From Ignavibacteriota bacterium (GTDB lineage: Bacteria; Bacteroidota; Ignavibacteria; UBA10030): 64,000 nucleotides of DNA. Positions 12,491 through 23,820 of this stretch are shown piece by piece (positions within the stretch are counted from its first letter, which is position 1; every line of letters starts with the position of its first letter). Location of the stretch: assembly GCA_963701295.1 (NCBI GenBank), contig OY969585.1, positions 3,072,001-3,136,000 of the forward strand, in the 5' to 3' direction. The notes under the pieces were generated by a model. The model ran no database searches. It saw only the letters and a list, made by a program, of their open reading frames with translations, and was not told the origin of the DNA. The translations under genes and the position numbers were made by a program.

Positions 12491-12596
12491 TACGAATGGT
12501 TTAACTTTTATTGCACGATGTGAAGGCTTAGCAGTTATTCGATTTTATTTTTATCTATCTTATAATAAAGGTTATACAATATAAGGAGCATTACCT

Positions 12597-15050
12597 ATGA
12601 ATACGAAAATTCAGAAACCAGGAATGTCATTTTCCCATTCATGTTTTTTCCTTCCAATACTGCTTTTCTTGATTCCATCCATGGCTTTTTCATTAAATCC
12701 GAGAAAGACCGAAAACTTCGGGAAGAATTGGAAATTCAATTTAGGCGACGTTCCAAACGGTCAAGAATCTGGACTGAACGATTCTCACTGGCGAACATTA
12801 GATCTACCGCATGATTGGAGTATCGAAGGTCAATTCAGTAAAGACAATCCTGCCACACCTGGCGGAGGCGCTCTTCCCGGAGGCATCGGGTGGTACAGAA
12901 AAACGTTCAGCTTGCCAAATTCAGAAAAAGGACGATTGGCTTTTATTGAATTCGATGGTGTGTACAGAAACAGTGAAGTGTGGATCAACGGCCACTATCT
13001 CGGCAAACGTCCTTACGGTTACAGTTCTTTCCAATATGAATTGACCCCTTTCCTGAAATACGGGGAAGAGAATAATATTTTGGCGGTCAAGGTTGACAAT
13101 TCACAGCAGCCAAATTCTCGCTGGTATTCTGGCTCGGGAATTTATCGAAATGTTTGGTTGGTGACAACCGAAAAAACTTTTGTCGATCACTGGGGTACCT
13201 ATATCACAACACCACGAGTGAATGGACAATCGGCAAAAGTCGTAATTCAAACAAAAATCCGCAATACATCAACAAAGAATCAGCCAATCATTCTGACGAC
13301 TCTTATCACCGACAAGAACGGCAAGAGAGTGTCCGCGATTGAGGCAAAGAAAATAATTTCAAAGAATTCTTCCGATGAAATTGAACAGAGTCTCACCATT
13401 GAGAATCCGATACTTTGGTCTATTGAGAATCCATATCTGTACAAAGTTCTCACCATGATTGAATCTGACAGCAGTGTATGCGATAGATATGAGACATCCA
13501 TGGGAATCCGTTCGTTTGATTTCGATACAGCAAAAGGTTTTGTCCTGAATGGCAAACAGGTTAAAATCAACGGAGTCTGCAATCACCACGATCTTGGCTG
13601 CCTTGGGGCAGCAGTAAACCGCCGTGCATTAGAGCGTCAATTGGAAATCTTGAAAGAAATGGGCGTTAACGGCATCCGCACATCGCACAATCCTCCCGCT
13701 CCCGAGCTTCTCGATTTATGTGATGAAATGGGATTCATTGTCATGGATGAAGCCTTTGACATGTGGAAAAAGAAAAAAACTGATTTTGATTATTCGTCGA
13801 ATTGGAATGAGTGGCATCAACGCGATTTAGAAGACATGGTTCTCCGGGATCGAAATCATCCCAGTATCTTCGTTTGGAGTATTGGAAACGAGGTCGTAGA
13901 ACAATGGGATAAAAAGGACAGCAGCGGCACAAGTATTGCTAAGGAGTTGTGCTCGTTGATACGAGCGCTTGACATTACCCGTCCTATTACCTCTAATTGC
14001 AATTCCATCGATTCGTTGAATCCAGTGATTCGTGCAGACGCACTCGATTTGATCGGGTATAGTTACAGCCAAAACGAGTATTATAAATTTCATACAACGT
14101 ATCCTGGCAAGAAACTCATTGGCTCAGAAACGGTCTCATCGTTAAACTCACGCGGCTGTTACGATATGCCTTCCGATAGCATTAGACGATGGCCAAGCAG
14201 ATGGGATCTCCCTATCCAAAACACGAATCCTGACTTGACTTGTTCCGCATATGACAATTGCAGCGCCCCCTGGGGTTCCACACATGAAGAAACATGGAAG
14301 GTGATGAAGAAATATGATTTTATTTCCGGGCAATATATCTGGGCTGGTTTCGACTATCTTGGAGAACCAACTCCGTACGTCTGGCCTGCACGCAGTTCTT
14401 ATTTTGGTATCGTAGACTTAGCCGGTTTCCCGAAAGATGTTTATTATATGTATCAAAGTGAATGGACGCACAAACCGGTTTTGCATCTCTTCCCACATTG
14501 GAATTGGAAAGAGGGCCAAACAATTGATGTGTGGGCTTATTCAAATTGCGAGGAAGTGGAATTATTTCTCAATGGGATTTCGCTCGGCACAAAGAAAAAA
14601 AATGCCGATGATCTTCACCTCATGTGGCGGTTGACGTACTCACCGGGCACATTGAAAGCAATCGGCCGTTCCGGCGGGAAGAAAATTCTGACTCAAGAAA
14701 TCAAGACAGCCGGAGTTCCAGCAAAGATCGTACTTGAAACCGATAGAAGCATCATTACCGCTGATGGAAAAGATCTTTCATTTGTCACCGTAAAAGTTTT
14801 AGATGCGCAAGGCACTTTAGTGCCGCATGCAAATAATTTGATTCACTTCGATGTTGCAGGAGAAGGAAAAATAATCGGTGTTGATAATGGACTCCAAACA
14901 AGCGATGAATCCTTTAAATCAGATAAGCGAAAGGCATATAACGGCCTTTGTCTGGCGGTGATTCAATCTACTGAAAAAGCCGGAAGGATTATCCTGCGTG
15001 CAACATCTGAAGGAATGAAAGAAGTGACAACGATCATCAACTCGAAATGA
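12597..15050 (+). CDS. GH2 beta-galactosidase
   Basis: Motifs LPHDWSIE, PNSRWYSGSGIYRNV, GVCNHHDLG, IRTSHNPP, WSIGNE, GSETVS, WAGFDYLGEPTP and the C-terminal Ig-like domains. Confidence 0.92.
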   Translation: MNTKIQKPGMSFSHSCFFLPILLFLIPSMAFSLNPRKTENFGKNWKFNLGDVPNGQESGLNDSHWRTLDLPHDWSIEGQFSKDNPATPGGGALPGGIGWYRKTFSLPNSEKGRLAFIEFDGVYRNSEVWINGHYLGKRPYGYSSFQYELTPFLKYGEENNILAVKVDNSQQPNSRWYSGSGIYRNVWLVTTEKTFVDHWGTYITTPRVNGQSAKVVIQTKIRNTSTKNQPIILTTLITDKNGKRVSAIEAKKIISKNSSDEIEQSLTIENPILWSIENPYLYKVLTMIESDSSVCDRYETSMGIRSFDFDTAKGFVLNGKQVKINGVCNHHDLGCLGAAVNRRALERQLEILKEMGVNGIRTSHNPPAPELLDLCDEMGFIVMDEAFDMWKKKKTDFDYSSNWNEWHQRDLEDMVLRDRNHPSIFVWSIGNEVVEQWDKKDSSGTSIAKELCSLIRALDITRPITSNCNSIDSLNPVIRADALDLIGYSYSQNEYYKFHTTYPGKKLIGSETVSSLNSRGCYDMPSDSIRRWPSRWDLPIQNTNPDLTCSAYDNCSAPWGSTHEETWKVMKKYDFISGQYIWAGFDYLGEPTPYVWPARSSYFGIVDLAGFPKDVYYMYQSEWTHKPVLHLFPHWNWKEGQTIDVWAYSNCEEVELFLNGISLGTKKKNADDLHLMWRLTYSPGTLKAIGRSGGKKILTQEIKTAGVPAKIVLETDRSIITADGKDLSFVTVKVLDAQGTLVPHANNLIHFDVAGEGKIIGVDNGLQTSDESFKSDKRKAYNGLCLAVIQSTEKAGRIILRATSEGMKEVTTIINSK

Positions 15051-15114
15051 ATAATTCGGTAATCTCAAAGTATCTTTTTTTTTGCATGACCTGAAATAAT
15101 GGAGTAACAATTAC

Positions 15115-17862
15115 ATGAATACGATAAACAAGGGTATTCAAAACAAACACCTCATGTTAGTATTCTGTGCACTCATCACTGCATGCATAGTTGCTCACAC
15201 CATAAGTTCGGCACAAAATGGATACATCTGGAAAAGTGTCATAGTAGGTGGCGGTGGATTTGTTCCAGGTATAGTATATCATCCGACCGCACAAGGTCTG
15301 GCCTATGCCCGCACTGATATAGGTGGTGCATACCGATGGGATAATTCTGCCGGCAAGTGGATTCCAATAACTGATACGATGTCAAGGAACATTAACCAAT
15401 CAGATTACATGGGCATATTATCGATTGCCTTAGACCCAAATGACACAAACCGTATTTATATGGAGTGCGGAAAATATACACAAACGGGGGCAACATATGG
15501 CGCCGTGCTTGCTTCGACTAACAAAGGAGATTCATGGACGATCATTCCTCTAACTGTGAAGATAGGCGGCAATGAAGATGGACGCGGAACCGGTGAACGA
15601 CTACAGGTTGACCCGAATTTGGGTTCGATACTTTTTATGGGTACTACTACAAGTGGATTATGGAAATCCACGAACTATGCTGCGTCATGGACAAAGGTGT
15701 CGTCGTTTTCACCAAGTAATATCAATTTTGTGCGCTTTGATCCTTCAAGTGGATCTCCAGGAAACGCCACTCAACGAATATTTGCAGCAGTTGTTAACAC
15801 GAGCGGACAAAGCCTCTATCGCAGCGACGACGGTGGTGTTACATGGACCGTCGTTACAGGACAGCCAAACGGTGTCATGGTAATTAGATCTGATATTGCC
15901 GACACAATTTTGTACATCACTATGGCAAACTATCAGGGTCCGAACAGCGCAACCACAGGATCGGTTTGGAAGTACGGAATTCCTCATAGTTCATGGAAGA
16001 ACATTTCACCACCATTAGGTTCGTACGGTTTTAGTGGTATCTCGGTATATCCGAAGAATCCTAACATCCTTATCGTGAGTACACTTGATTGTTGGTGGCC
16101 CGAGGACGAGGTATATATGTCCACCAATGGCGGTACAACCTGGACAAAACGACTGTCAACAGGGATAATAGATTATAGTTATGCCCCGTATATTCACTCC
16201 AACATTCCATCATGGCTTGCAGTTTGTGTGATGGATCCGTTCGACTCAAGCAAGGTGATGTTTGGAAGCGGATATGGAATTTTTGCATGCGATAGTTTGA
16301 ATGCGGCGAAACCGATTTGGCACTTCAGAGATCAAAACCTGGAGGAGACTGTCGCAAATCAAATCATTAGTCCGCCTTTCACAAATTTATTATCCGTTAT
16401 GAGTGATGCTGGCGGATTCAGGCATGATAACCTTGATGTTTCACCGCCGGATAGATTTTACCCTAACAAATGGTCAACAGGTTCGATAGCATTTGCAGGA
16501 AAAGTGCCGTCGAAAATAGTGCAAGCGTATTATAGTCCATCTCCCTTCGGTTCTTATTCCAATGACGGCGGTACCACATGGCATGATTTTTCCTCGTGTC
16601 CAGCTCGCGCAACAGACGGAGGTACTTGGGCGATAGATGTATCCGCTGATGGGAATACAATAGTTTGGGGACCGACAAGCGCATTCTTGTCCTATTCCAC
16701 AAACAATGGAAAGACGTGGACAACCTGTAGTGGAGCGCCGGCGGTGCCACCTGTTGCAGATAGAGTTAATCCAAATAAATTTTATGCTTATGCTGGTACA
16801 CTGGGCAAAATGTGGATATCCACAGACGGAGGCAAGACGTTTAATCAAGGTCTTACGGGATTACCAACGTGGTCACAAACGGATGGAAATACGGTAGCGG
16901 TGCCGGGCCATGAGGGCGATTTGTGGATATGCTGCGGTACAGGAGGACTATATCACTCGATAAATTCTGGTACATCTGCAACAAAAATCAGTTTTGTAAC
17001 AGAAGCGTATCGAATAGGATTTGGCAAGGCGCAAACTGTGGGCGGATATCCAGCAATATATTTATATGGAACTGTCAGCGGAGTATTGGGATTCTTCCGT
17101 TCAGATGATGGCGGTACATCATGGACACGTATCAATGATGACAACCATCAATACGGTTGGATACACCAGATCACAGGGGATCCAAGAGTATACGGCAGGT
17201 GTTATATTTCTGCTGAAGGACGGGGCATATCATACGGACAACCGGCAAACGGTGATACGACTGATAATCCATCGAGCTTCAGATTCCTTACAGTTCCAGG
17301 CGACAGTTTGAGACAATCCTCTCAGAGTATTACAGTTTCATGGTCTAGAGCTTCGGATCCTCAAACCAATCCACTCACGTATATTATACACTTTCTTGGC
17401 CCTACTACAGATTCTACTTTCTTTACAACTGATACCACGGCAACATTCTTTCCAGGAAATCTCCAACCCTCAAGCTCATATATCCTTACTGGCTATGTTA
17501 CAAATGGATACGATACTACTGCCACTTCTAACAGCATTTCATTTCCTTCTGCATTAAATGTAACCGGTGTCAAGGAAATGTCTACAAGTGTCCCCATGAG
17601 TTATGCACTATACCAAAACTATCCCAACCCCTTCAATCCGCAAACCACGATTTCTTATTCGTTACAACAAGTAAGTACTGTTACGCTGAAAGTGTACAAT
17701 CTCATGGGCCGCGAGATCGCAACACTTGTGAAGAATGAGAAAAAAGCACAAGGCAATTATGAAATCACTTTTGATGCTTCGAACTTGTCAAGTGGAGTGT
17801 ATTTCTTCAAGCTGCAGACAGAGAGGTTCATAAAGACGAAGCAGATGGTGTTGGTTAAGTAA
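15115..17862 (+). CDS. GH74 xyloglucanase with T9SS C-terminal sorting domain
   Basis: GGGGFVPG, YARTDIGG (catalytic Asp), GGNEDGRGTGERL, MSDAGGFRHD (second Asp), several BNR SxDxGxTW repeats, ITGDPRVYGR and a YPNPFNP CTD. Confidence 0.92.
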   Translation: MNTINKGIQNKHLMLVFCALITACIVAHTISSAQNGYIWKSVIVGGGGFVPGIVYHPTAQGLAYARTDIGGAYRWDNSAGKWIPITDTMSRNINQSDYMGILSIALDPNDTNRIYMECGKYTQTGATYGAVLASTNKGDSWTIIPLTVKIGGNEDGRGTGERLQVDPNLGSILFMGTTTSGLWKSTNYAASWTKVSSFSPSNINFVRFDPSSGSPGNATQRIFAAVVNTSGQSLYRSDDGGVTWTVVTGQPNGVMVIRSDIADTILYITMANYQGPNSATTGSVWKYGIPHSSWKNISPPLGSYGFSGISVYPKNPNILIVSTLDCWWPEDEVYMSTNGGTTWTKRLSTGIIDYSYAPYIHSNIPSWLAVCVMDPFDSSKVMFGSGYGIFACDSLNAAKPIWHFRDQNLEETVANQIISPPFTNLLSVMSDAGGFRHDNLDVSPPDRFYPNKWSTGSIAFAGKVPSKIVQAYYSPSPFGSYSNDGGTTWHDFSSCPARATDGGTWAIDVSADGNTIVWGPTSAFLSYSTNNGKTWTTCSGAPAVPPVADRVNPNKFYAYAGTLGKMWISTDGGKTFNQGLTGLPTWSQTDGNTVAVPGHEGDLWICCGTGGLYHSINSGTSATKISFVTEAYRIGFGKAQTVGGYPAIYLYGTVSGVLGFFRSDDGGTSWTRINDDNHQYGWIHQITGDPRVYGRCYISAEGRGISYGQPANGDTTDNPSSFRFLTVPGDSLRQSSQSITVSWSRASDPQTNPLTYIIHFLGPTTDSTFFTTDTTATFFPGNLQPSSSYILTGYVTNGYDTTATSNSISFPSALNVTGVKEMSTSVPMSYALYQNYPNPFNPQTTISYSLQQVSTVTLKVYNLMGREIATLVKNEKKAQGNYEITFDASNLSSGVYFFKLQTERFIKTKQMVLVK

Positions 17863-18169
17863 GGACAAACAACGGTTTAGACAATGGATGTGAAGAAACC
17901 CACCGATAAACTGATTAAAAGACAAATACAGAAACATTTATTGATCATGGAAATAATGTTCTCACCTAATCTGATACAAATCATATGACCGGAAAGCAAG
18001 AGTGTCTTCTCCTGCCTTCTGCTAATTGAATCCGATTTTCATTTCACTGTGCGTTATCATAGTTCCCTTTATCTTTTCTCAGAGAAACAATACATCTGTC
18101 GTCTTCATTTTTACAGAATAGCATAGGTTCTTTACTTCGTCTTTCTGTACCGTCAAGTCATTATTCATT

Positions 18170-21100
18170 TTATTTGATAAGCATCATTTGCTTTGATTGT
18201 GTAAATGTGTTAGCAATTATTCTGTAGAAATAGATACCGCTGGATAACGAAGCTGCATTGAACTCCACCGAATAATACCCTGCTTGCTTCGTTTCATGTA
18301 CCAACGTTGTTACTACCCGCCCGAGAATATCATATACCTGCAAAGTAACATAGCTCATCTGAGGCAGCTGATACTTGATCATCGTTGAGGGGTTAAATGG
18401 GTTCGGATAATTCTGACACAGAATATACTCATAAGGAATTGGGCTTGTCTTTTGAACACTCGTTGTCCATCGAACATCTGTTCCGCCGAGAACAAGTTCA
18501 GTTATTCCTCCAGATGGGTTAATGGTATTCACGCCACTCGGCCATATACCATCAGCATCCGTTGCAAATACAACAAGAGAACCAGTTGCAAGAGATCGAC
18601 GTTCTACACGCCTGACACCATTGGGTAATATATTGGGCAGAATAACACCGAATGAGCCGTCAATGCCATTCACATGAGTCGCATAGAATGCTGCATAATT
18701 GTTATCAATACTATTGTCGGTTCCATCGCTTTCGACAAACGACCCTGAAATCGGCCGGCCTGTTCCTGCCATGTTATCATAGATGAAGACAAAGTCTTTT
18801 GGGTTTGCTGCACTGGTGCAGCGAAGGCCAGTACCGGTACTATCAGCAACCAACGGATCCAGTTTTACGACTCGCACAGAATCGTGCATCGTCAAATGTT
18901 TAACCACGGCGGTACCAGACATACCATCATTCAGCCATATACGCATAAAAACATATTTCCCGGGGACAAACCGGTCATTTCCTGTCGGCTCGGTGATGAA
19001 CCAACCTTCATATGCTCCCGATGAATCTGTTTTCAAAATTCCATATGATCCTGTTGTATCGAAACTCGGTTTCGATGTTCGAATAAAGTCGCCTGTTGCT
19101 GAAGCGAATATACAATTGCCTGCACCGTCTGCAGAATCTGGATCTGTTGAAATTGCGATTTGATTGACGAAGTAATAAGTAGTATTCGTCAACAACCCTG
19201 TAAGTCGCGCTCGATACGCAAATGGAATTCGATCAGAATTCTTTTCCCAGTTAATTCCTTCTATATATTGTGGCAGGATAACTGATGTTACCTCAGCACC
19301 CTTGAGAGTCATTGCATTCGCTGTAGGTATTGTATCTGTTTTGTAATTACATGTATTGATATTGAATCCATCCCAAGCATACGGAAAGATTGAATAATGA
19401 TACGAAGTAAGGGCGGTAAGACCGGTCATGCTCACAGATGTCGTTGTACCCGACGGTACCAAAGCTGCAACTTTTCCATCGCCAAGAGAATCACCTACAG
19501 CATAGCTGGTAATATCTTTTGGAACGGCAGTAGGATCAAAGCCAATCCGTTGAAGTATAATGTATCCAGATGCTCCTGTTGCAGCATCCCAAGATAGATT
19601 GATTTGATTCGCCGAGACAGCTTTTGCAGAAAATGAATCCGCAGATGTAGAAGGTTCAATAGATAGAGTATAAAATGTTGCATCCGGTGAATACCCCGTC
19701 CCAATTCCATTTATTGCATAACCGCGGAAGTGAATAAACGTTCCAGATGGTAGGCTGCCTATCAGGACACTAAAAATTTGATTTGTATCTAAAGCGATGA
19801 GTTTGTGATCAGCCGTTGTCGGATTAGCAGATGTTGACCAGACGACACCTCGCTCAGCGATTGGGTCATTTCCATTTGAGATAATCTTTGAACCGAGGAC
19901 TGCTGTTGTTGATGTAATATTCGTAACAGTAGGTAAGATCAACGTTGGTGAAGAAGTATTCAGTGTAAAAGACGCTGTGATGGTCCTATTTTCGTTCATT
20001 ATTACTGTTAAAATTATATCTGTTTCATGTCCTGTAGGAACATCTCCTGCCCACGCCACGAAATGGTACGCGCTATCGGGATTCGCTGTGAGTTGAACAG
20101 TTGAGCCATATTGATAACTCTGTTGGTCTGGCACCTTTGTGATTGTTCCGTGCGAGGAATTCACCGTCAATGAATAGACTGAAGAGAGCATCGCATTAAT
20201 AAATGTTCCGTTTAGTGAAGCATTTGTAAATGTGAGCTTTGTTTGATTGTCGAGCGAAGCCATTGCGGAACCGGCAGCGCCGGAACTAAGATCCGCTGCA
20301 ACATAAAAATACCCTCCTGATGTTGCAATTGGCTGAGGAGTAGAAGAGATATCGAACGTAACCTGTGAGGATGGTGAAGCGACTGTTGACAGTAAAGTCG
20401 ACGAACCGACGCTAAACGATGCAGCAGTAGAATAATAAAGCTTAAGATTTGTGAGACCGCTGTATGTTCCAGACAATGTAACGACAACCTGAGTGAGCTT
20501 GCCACCAGTGATGTTTCCTGCAAGCTTGAATCTTCCAATTGGATTGTCATTTGTATTGGGAATGCCAATTGGTGGAGCATAGGATGTTCCATTCGTAAAT
20601 GAGATGAATGGAATCGGTGCAAATGCAACGCCATGCAAGAGAGTATTTGCAGCACCTGTTATCAGCGTTGTAAATGACGAACTAGATCCCGCATCGGTAA
20701 CTGTAACTAATTTATTATCTGTCGTGGTGGCATAGATAATTGCATTGGAGCCCGTCCAATCTACAACCAGCCCAGTTGCGCCTGTAGTTGAACTGGGTGC
20801 TAACAAATAAGTAAGTGACCAACTTGAACCGCTATATGTCCATTTTTGCACGCCTCCATTTCCATCTGTTCTATCATCAGCAACATAGATCGTATTGCCA
20901 TTTATTGAAAATCCAAAGGGGCTTGAAGTGGACGTCGGAAAACCGTTTAATAAAGTAATAGTTTGACCTGAAGTGGTTGGCACACCCGATCCTACCGATG
21001 ATATTCCGAAACATGAGCTTTTATTACTAGAAACATACAGTTGACTATTAAAAATATTTATTACGCGAGTATTCGTAACCGTTGTTGATAATTGCGTGGA

Positions 21101-21622
21101 ACTTATTGCTCCAAGCGTGGCATAACGTACACCGCCAGCAGCACCAGAGACCCAAAACGCTGTTCCATCATTTGTAACGGCACCGCGAATATTATTTGCA
21201 GAAGATGCATCTGTCAATTGCGTTGTTATATCTATTGAGGCGCTAGCATCAATTCTTGCGACAACTCGATTATATGCTGCAGATGTTGAGCTAGCGATCC
21301 CTGAAATCCCAGGAATAGCACCATATCCTGCGATAGTAAGATAGCGTCCATCAACAGAGCCAACGATCGATCCTTCACTCGATGCTGTTCCCGAAAGTGT
21401 CAAGGGTGCATTGCTTCCCGAAGATGAAGTTGGCATCGCGATAGATTGCACAAAAGAGCCGCCGGTTGTATATTCATCGAGAAAAACAGCTGTTGAAGCA
21501 CTGGTGAGCGAGTCACCAACACCTACCCGGACCACAACTATATTCCCCGCAGTAAATGATTGTGCAGCAACAGTGAGACAACCAAAAACGATGAGAGAGA
21601 ATACCCATAGTATTTTTTTCAT
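18170..21622 (-). CDS. T9SS-secreted multidomain protein of unknown function (Ser/Thr-rich beta N-domain, Ig-like, InlB-B-like repeat, Fn3-like, unknown domain, CTD)
   Basis: Signal peptide. N-domain FTAGNIVVVRVG...DGRYLTIAGY. YQYGSTVQLTANPDSAYHFVAW repeat. ERGVVWSTSANPT Fn3-like segment. YPNPFNP CTD. Confidence 0.8.
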   Translation of the reverse strand: MKKILWVFSLIVFGCLTVAAQSFTAGNIVVVRVGVGDSLTSASTAVFLDEYTTGGSFVQSIAMPTSSSGSNAPLTLSGTASSEGSIVGSVDGRYLTIAGYGAIPGISGIASSTSAAYNRVVARIDASASIDITTQLTDASSANNIRGAVTNDGTAFWVSGAAGGVRYATLGAISSTQLSTTVTNTRVINIFNSQLYVSSNKSSCFGISSVGSGVPTTSGQTITLLNGFPTSTSSPFGFSINGNTIYVADDRTDGNGGVQKWTYSGSSWSLTYLLAPSSTTGATGLVVDWTGSNAIIYATTTDNKLVTVTDAGSSSSFTTLITGAANTLLHGVAFAPIPFISFTNGTSYAPPIGIPNTNDNPIGRFKLAGNITGGKLTQVVVTLSGTYSGLTNLKLYYSTAASFSVGSSTLLSTVASPSSQVTFDISSTPQPIATSGGYFYVAADLSSGAAGSAMASLDNQTKLTFTNASLNGTFINAMLSSVYSLTVNSSHGTITKVPDQQSYQYGSTVQLTANPDSAYHFVAWAGDVPTGHETDIILTVIMNENRTITASFTLNTSSPTLILPTVTNITSTTAVLGSKIISNGNDPIAERGVVWSTSANPTTADHKLIALDTNQIFSVLIGSLPSGTFIHFRGYAINGIGTGYSPDATFYTLSIEPSTSADSFSAKAVSANQINLSWDAATGASGYIILQRIGFDPTAVPKDITSYAVGDSLGDGKVAALVPSGTTTSVSMTGLTALTSYHYSIFPYAWDGFNINTCNYKTDTIPTANAMTLKGAEVTSVILPQYIEGINWEKNSDRIPFAYRARLTGLLTNTTYYFVNQIAISTDPDSADGAGNCIFASATGDFIRTSKPSFDTTGSYGILKTDSSGAYEGWFITEPTGNDRFVPGKYVFMRIWLNDGMSGTAVVKHLTMHDSVRVVKLDPLVADSTGTGLRCTSAANPKDFVFIYDNMAGTGRPISGSFVESDGTDNSIDNNYAAFYATHVNGIDGSFGVILPNILPNGVRRVERRSLATGSLVVFATDADGIWPSGVNTINPSGGITELVLGGTDVRWTTSVQKTSPIPYEYILCQNYPNPFNPSTMIKYQLPQMSYVTLQVYDILGRVVTTLVHETKQAGYYSVEFNAASLSSGIYFYRIIANTFTQSKQMMLIK

Positions 21623-22732
21623 AATTGTTTCCTTTAAAAAACACGAACACGTTTTACAGCAATCATTTAGAGAATATACAATTCAACGACTTTACTGTCA
21701 TTTAATCAACACCATTTCCTTCGTTTCTTTGAATCTTTCCACTTGCAAATTATAGAAATACACTCCGCTTGGCAGCAAGTGTGCATCGAAAGTCACCAGA
21801 TAGGATCCCGCTGTTTTTTGTTCATTCACTAATGTTGCTACTTTTCGACCCAGCATATCGTACACTTTCAAACTAACGTAACCGGTAACTGGTAACTGGT
21901 AACTTATTACCGTTGTCGGATTAAACGGATTAGGAAAATTTTGATTCAACGCAAACACTTTCGGTGTTTCTATCGTTACCTGAGCTTCTTGCAGATATTT
22001 GAATGATCCATCGTTATTCACTTGCTTCAAGCGGTACGCATATGTACCGGAAGAAATTGTATTATCACTAAATACATAATTGTGCGGACTGCTGCTGGTT
22101 CCGTTACCCTCCACAAATCCAACGCAACTCCATGCTATCTTCTCCCAATCAGATGAAGAGTTAGATGGATTCTGACTACTAACAACTCTTCTTTCCACCT
22201 CAAACCCATAATTATTTATCTCTGTTGCTGTGCTCCATTTGAGCATTGCGGTCGAGCCAGTTGTTACTGCTGTAAAGGTGGTCATTTCAACGGGTAGGGT
22301 TACATTTCCAGAAGAAAGATTCGCGCCGGAAAATGTTCCGTTTAGTGAAGCATTTGTAAATGTGAGCTTTGTTTGATTGTCGAGCGAAGCCATTGCGGAA
22401 CCGGCAGCGCCGGAACTAAGATCCGCTGCAACATAAAAATACCCTCCTGATGTTGCAATTGGCTGAGGAGTAGAAGAGATATCGAACGTAACCTGTGAGG
22501 ATGGTGAAGCGACTGTTGACAGTAAAGTCGACGAACCGACGCTAAACGATGCAGCAGTAGAATAATAAAGCTTAAGATTTGTGAGACCGCTGTATGTTCC
22601 AGACAATGTAACGACAACCTGAGTGAGCTTGCCACCAGTGATGTTTCCTGCAAGCTTGAATCTTCCAATTGGATTGTCATTTGTATTGGGAATGCCAATT
22701 GGTGGAGCATAGGATGTTCCATTCGTAAATGA
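20201..22732. repeat. About 402-bp apparently identical direct repeat (20201-20602 and 22331-22732) inside a larger diverged tandem duplication
   Basis: Line-by-line comparison at offset 2130 shows no mismatch from AAATGTTCCG to ATTCGTAAATGA. The flanking paralogous sequence has many substitutions. Confidence 0.85.
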
Positions 22733-23752
22733 AATGAATGGAATCGGTGCAAATGCAACACCATGTAAGAATTTTTTTGTAGCTTTTGGAACGAGCGTTG
22801 TAAATGGTGAACCAGAGCCCGCATCGGTAACTGTAACTAAATTAGTATCTGTCGTGGTAGCATATATGATTGGATTGGAGCCTGTCCAATCTACAACCAG
22901 CCCACTCGCACCTGTAGTATCACTGGGGGCTAGCAAATAGGCAAGAGACCAACTTGAATCACTATAGGACCATTTTTGAACCCCTCCATTTCCATCTTTT
23001 CTGTCATCAGCAACATAGATGGTATTACCGTTTATTGAAAATCCGTAGGGACTACCTGTATTCGGAAAACCGTTTAATAATGAAATAGTTTGACCTGAAG
23101 TGGTTGGCATACCAGATCCTACCGACAATATTCCAGTATCTGTTTTTGCACAAGAAACATATAATTGATTATTAAAAATATTTACTACACGAAAATTCGT
23201 AAGCGTTGTTGATAATTGTATGGAAGTTGTTGCTCCAAGCGGGGCGGCATAGCGTACACTACCAGCAGCACCAGAGACCCAAAATGCTGTTCCATCATTT
23301 GTAACGGCACCGCGAATATTATTTCCAGTAGACGCATCTGTCAATTTCGTTGTTATATCCATTGAGGCGTTAGCATCAATCCTTGCGACAACTCGATTGA
23401 CCGTCGCAGATGTTGTACTCGCAACCTTAGTTGTTCCAGGTCCAACACCATACCCGGCGATAGTAAGATAGCGTCCATCAACAGAACCCACAATTGATCC
23501 TTCGCTCGACGCCGATCCTGAAAGTGTCAAAGGTGCATTGCTTCCCGAAGATGAAGTTGGCATAGCGATAGATTGCACAAAAGAACCGCCGGTTGTATAT
23601 TCATCGAGAAAAACAGCTGTTGAACTACTGGTGAGCGAGTCACCAACACCCACCCGAACAACCACTATATTCCCTGCGGTAAATGGTGATTGAGCAGTGA
23701 GAGAGGAACAAATAGCAATGCTGAGATTAAATACCCATAATATTTTTTTCAT
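21698..23752 (-). CDS. T9SS-secreted paralog of 18170-21622 (shorter)
   Basis: Same N-terminal ~480 aa as the neighbour, then LPVEMTTF...WSTATEINNYGFEVER domain and FPNPFNP CTD. Start placed at MKKILWV by analogy with the paralog. Confidence 0.8.
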   Translation of the reverse strand: MKKILWVFNLSIAICSSLTAQSPFTAGNIVVVRVGVGDSLTSSSTAVFLDEYTTGGSFVQSIAMPTSSSGSNAPLTLSGSASSEGSIVGSVDGRYLTIAGYGVGPGTTKVASTTSATVNRVVARIDANASMDITTKLTDASTGNNIRGAVTNDGTAFWVSGAAGSVRYAAPLGATTSIQLSTTLTNFRVVNIFNNQLYVSCAKTDTGILSVGSGMPTTSGQTISLLNGFPNTGSPYGFSINGNTIYVADDRKDGNGGVQKWSYSDSSWSLAYLLAPSDTTGASGLVVDWTGSNPIIYATTTDTNLVTVTDAGSGSPFTTLVPKATKKFLHGVAFAPIPFISFTNGTSYAPPIGIPNTNDNPIGRFKLAGNITGGKLTQVVVTLSGTYSGLTNLKLYYSTAASFSVGSSTLLSTVASPSSQVTFDISSTPQPIATSGGYFYVAADLSSGAAGSAMASLDNQTKLTFTNASLNGTFSGANLSSGNVTLPVEMTTFTAVTTGSTAMLKWSTATEINNYGFEVERRVVSSQNPSNSSSDWEKIAWSCVGFVEGNGTSSSPHNYVFSDNTISSGTYAYRLKQVNNDGSFKYLQEAQVTIETPKVFALNQNFPNPFNPTTVISYQLPVTGYVSLKVYDMLGRKVATLVNEQKTAGSYLVTFDAHLLPSGVYFYNLQVERFKETKEMVLIK

Positions 23753-23820
23753 AATCATTTCCTTTTAAAAACATGAACAAATTTTATCATGATTGAATAT
23801 AGAATACAACTACTTTACAG

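Noticed and set aside
20201-22732. Diversity-generating retroelement template/variable repeat pair
   Set aside because: The copies appear identical rather than differing at adenines, both lie mid-gene, and there is no reverse transcriptase in the window.
20212-22824. Two near-identical alternative-frame ORFs (20212-20655 and 22342-22824)
   Set aside because: They are a by-product of the 402-bp repeat inside the twin T9SS genes.
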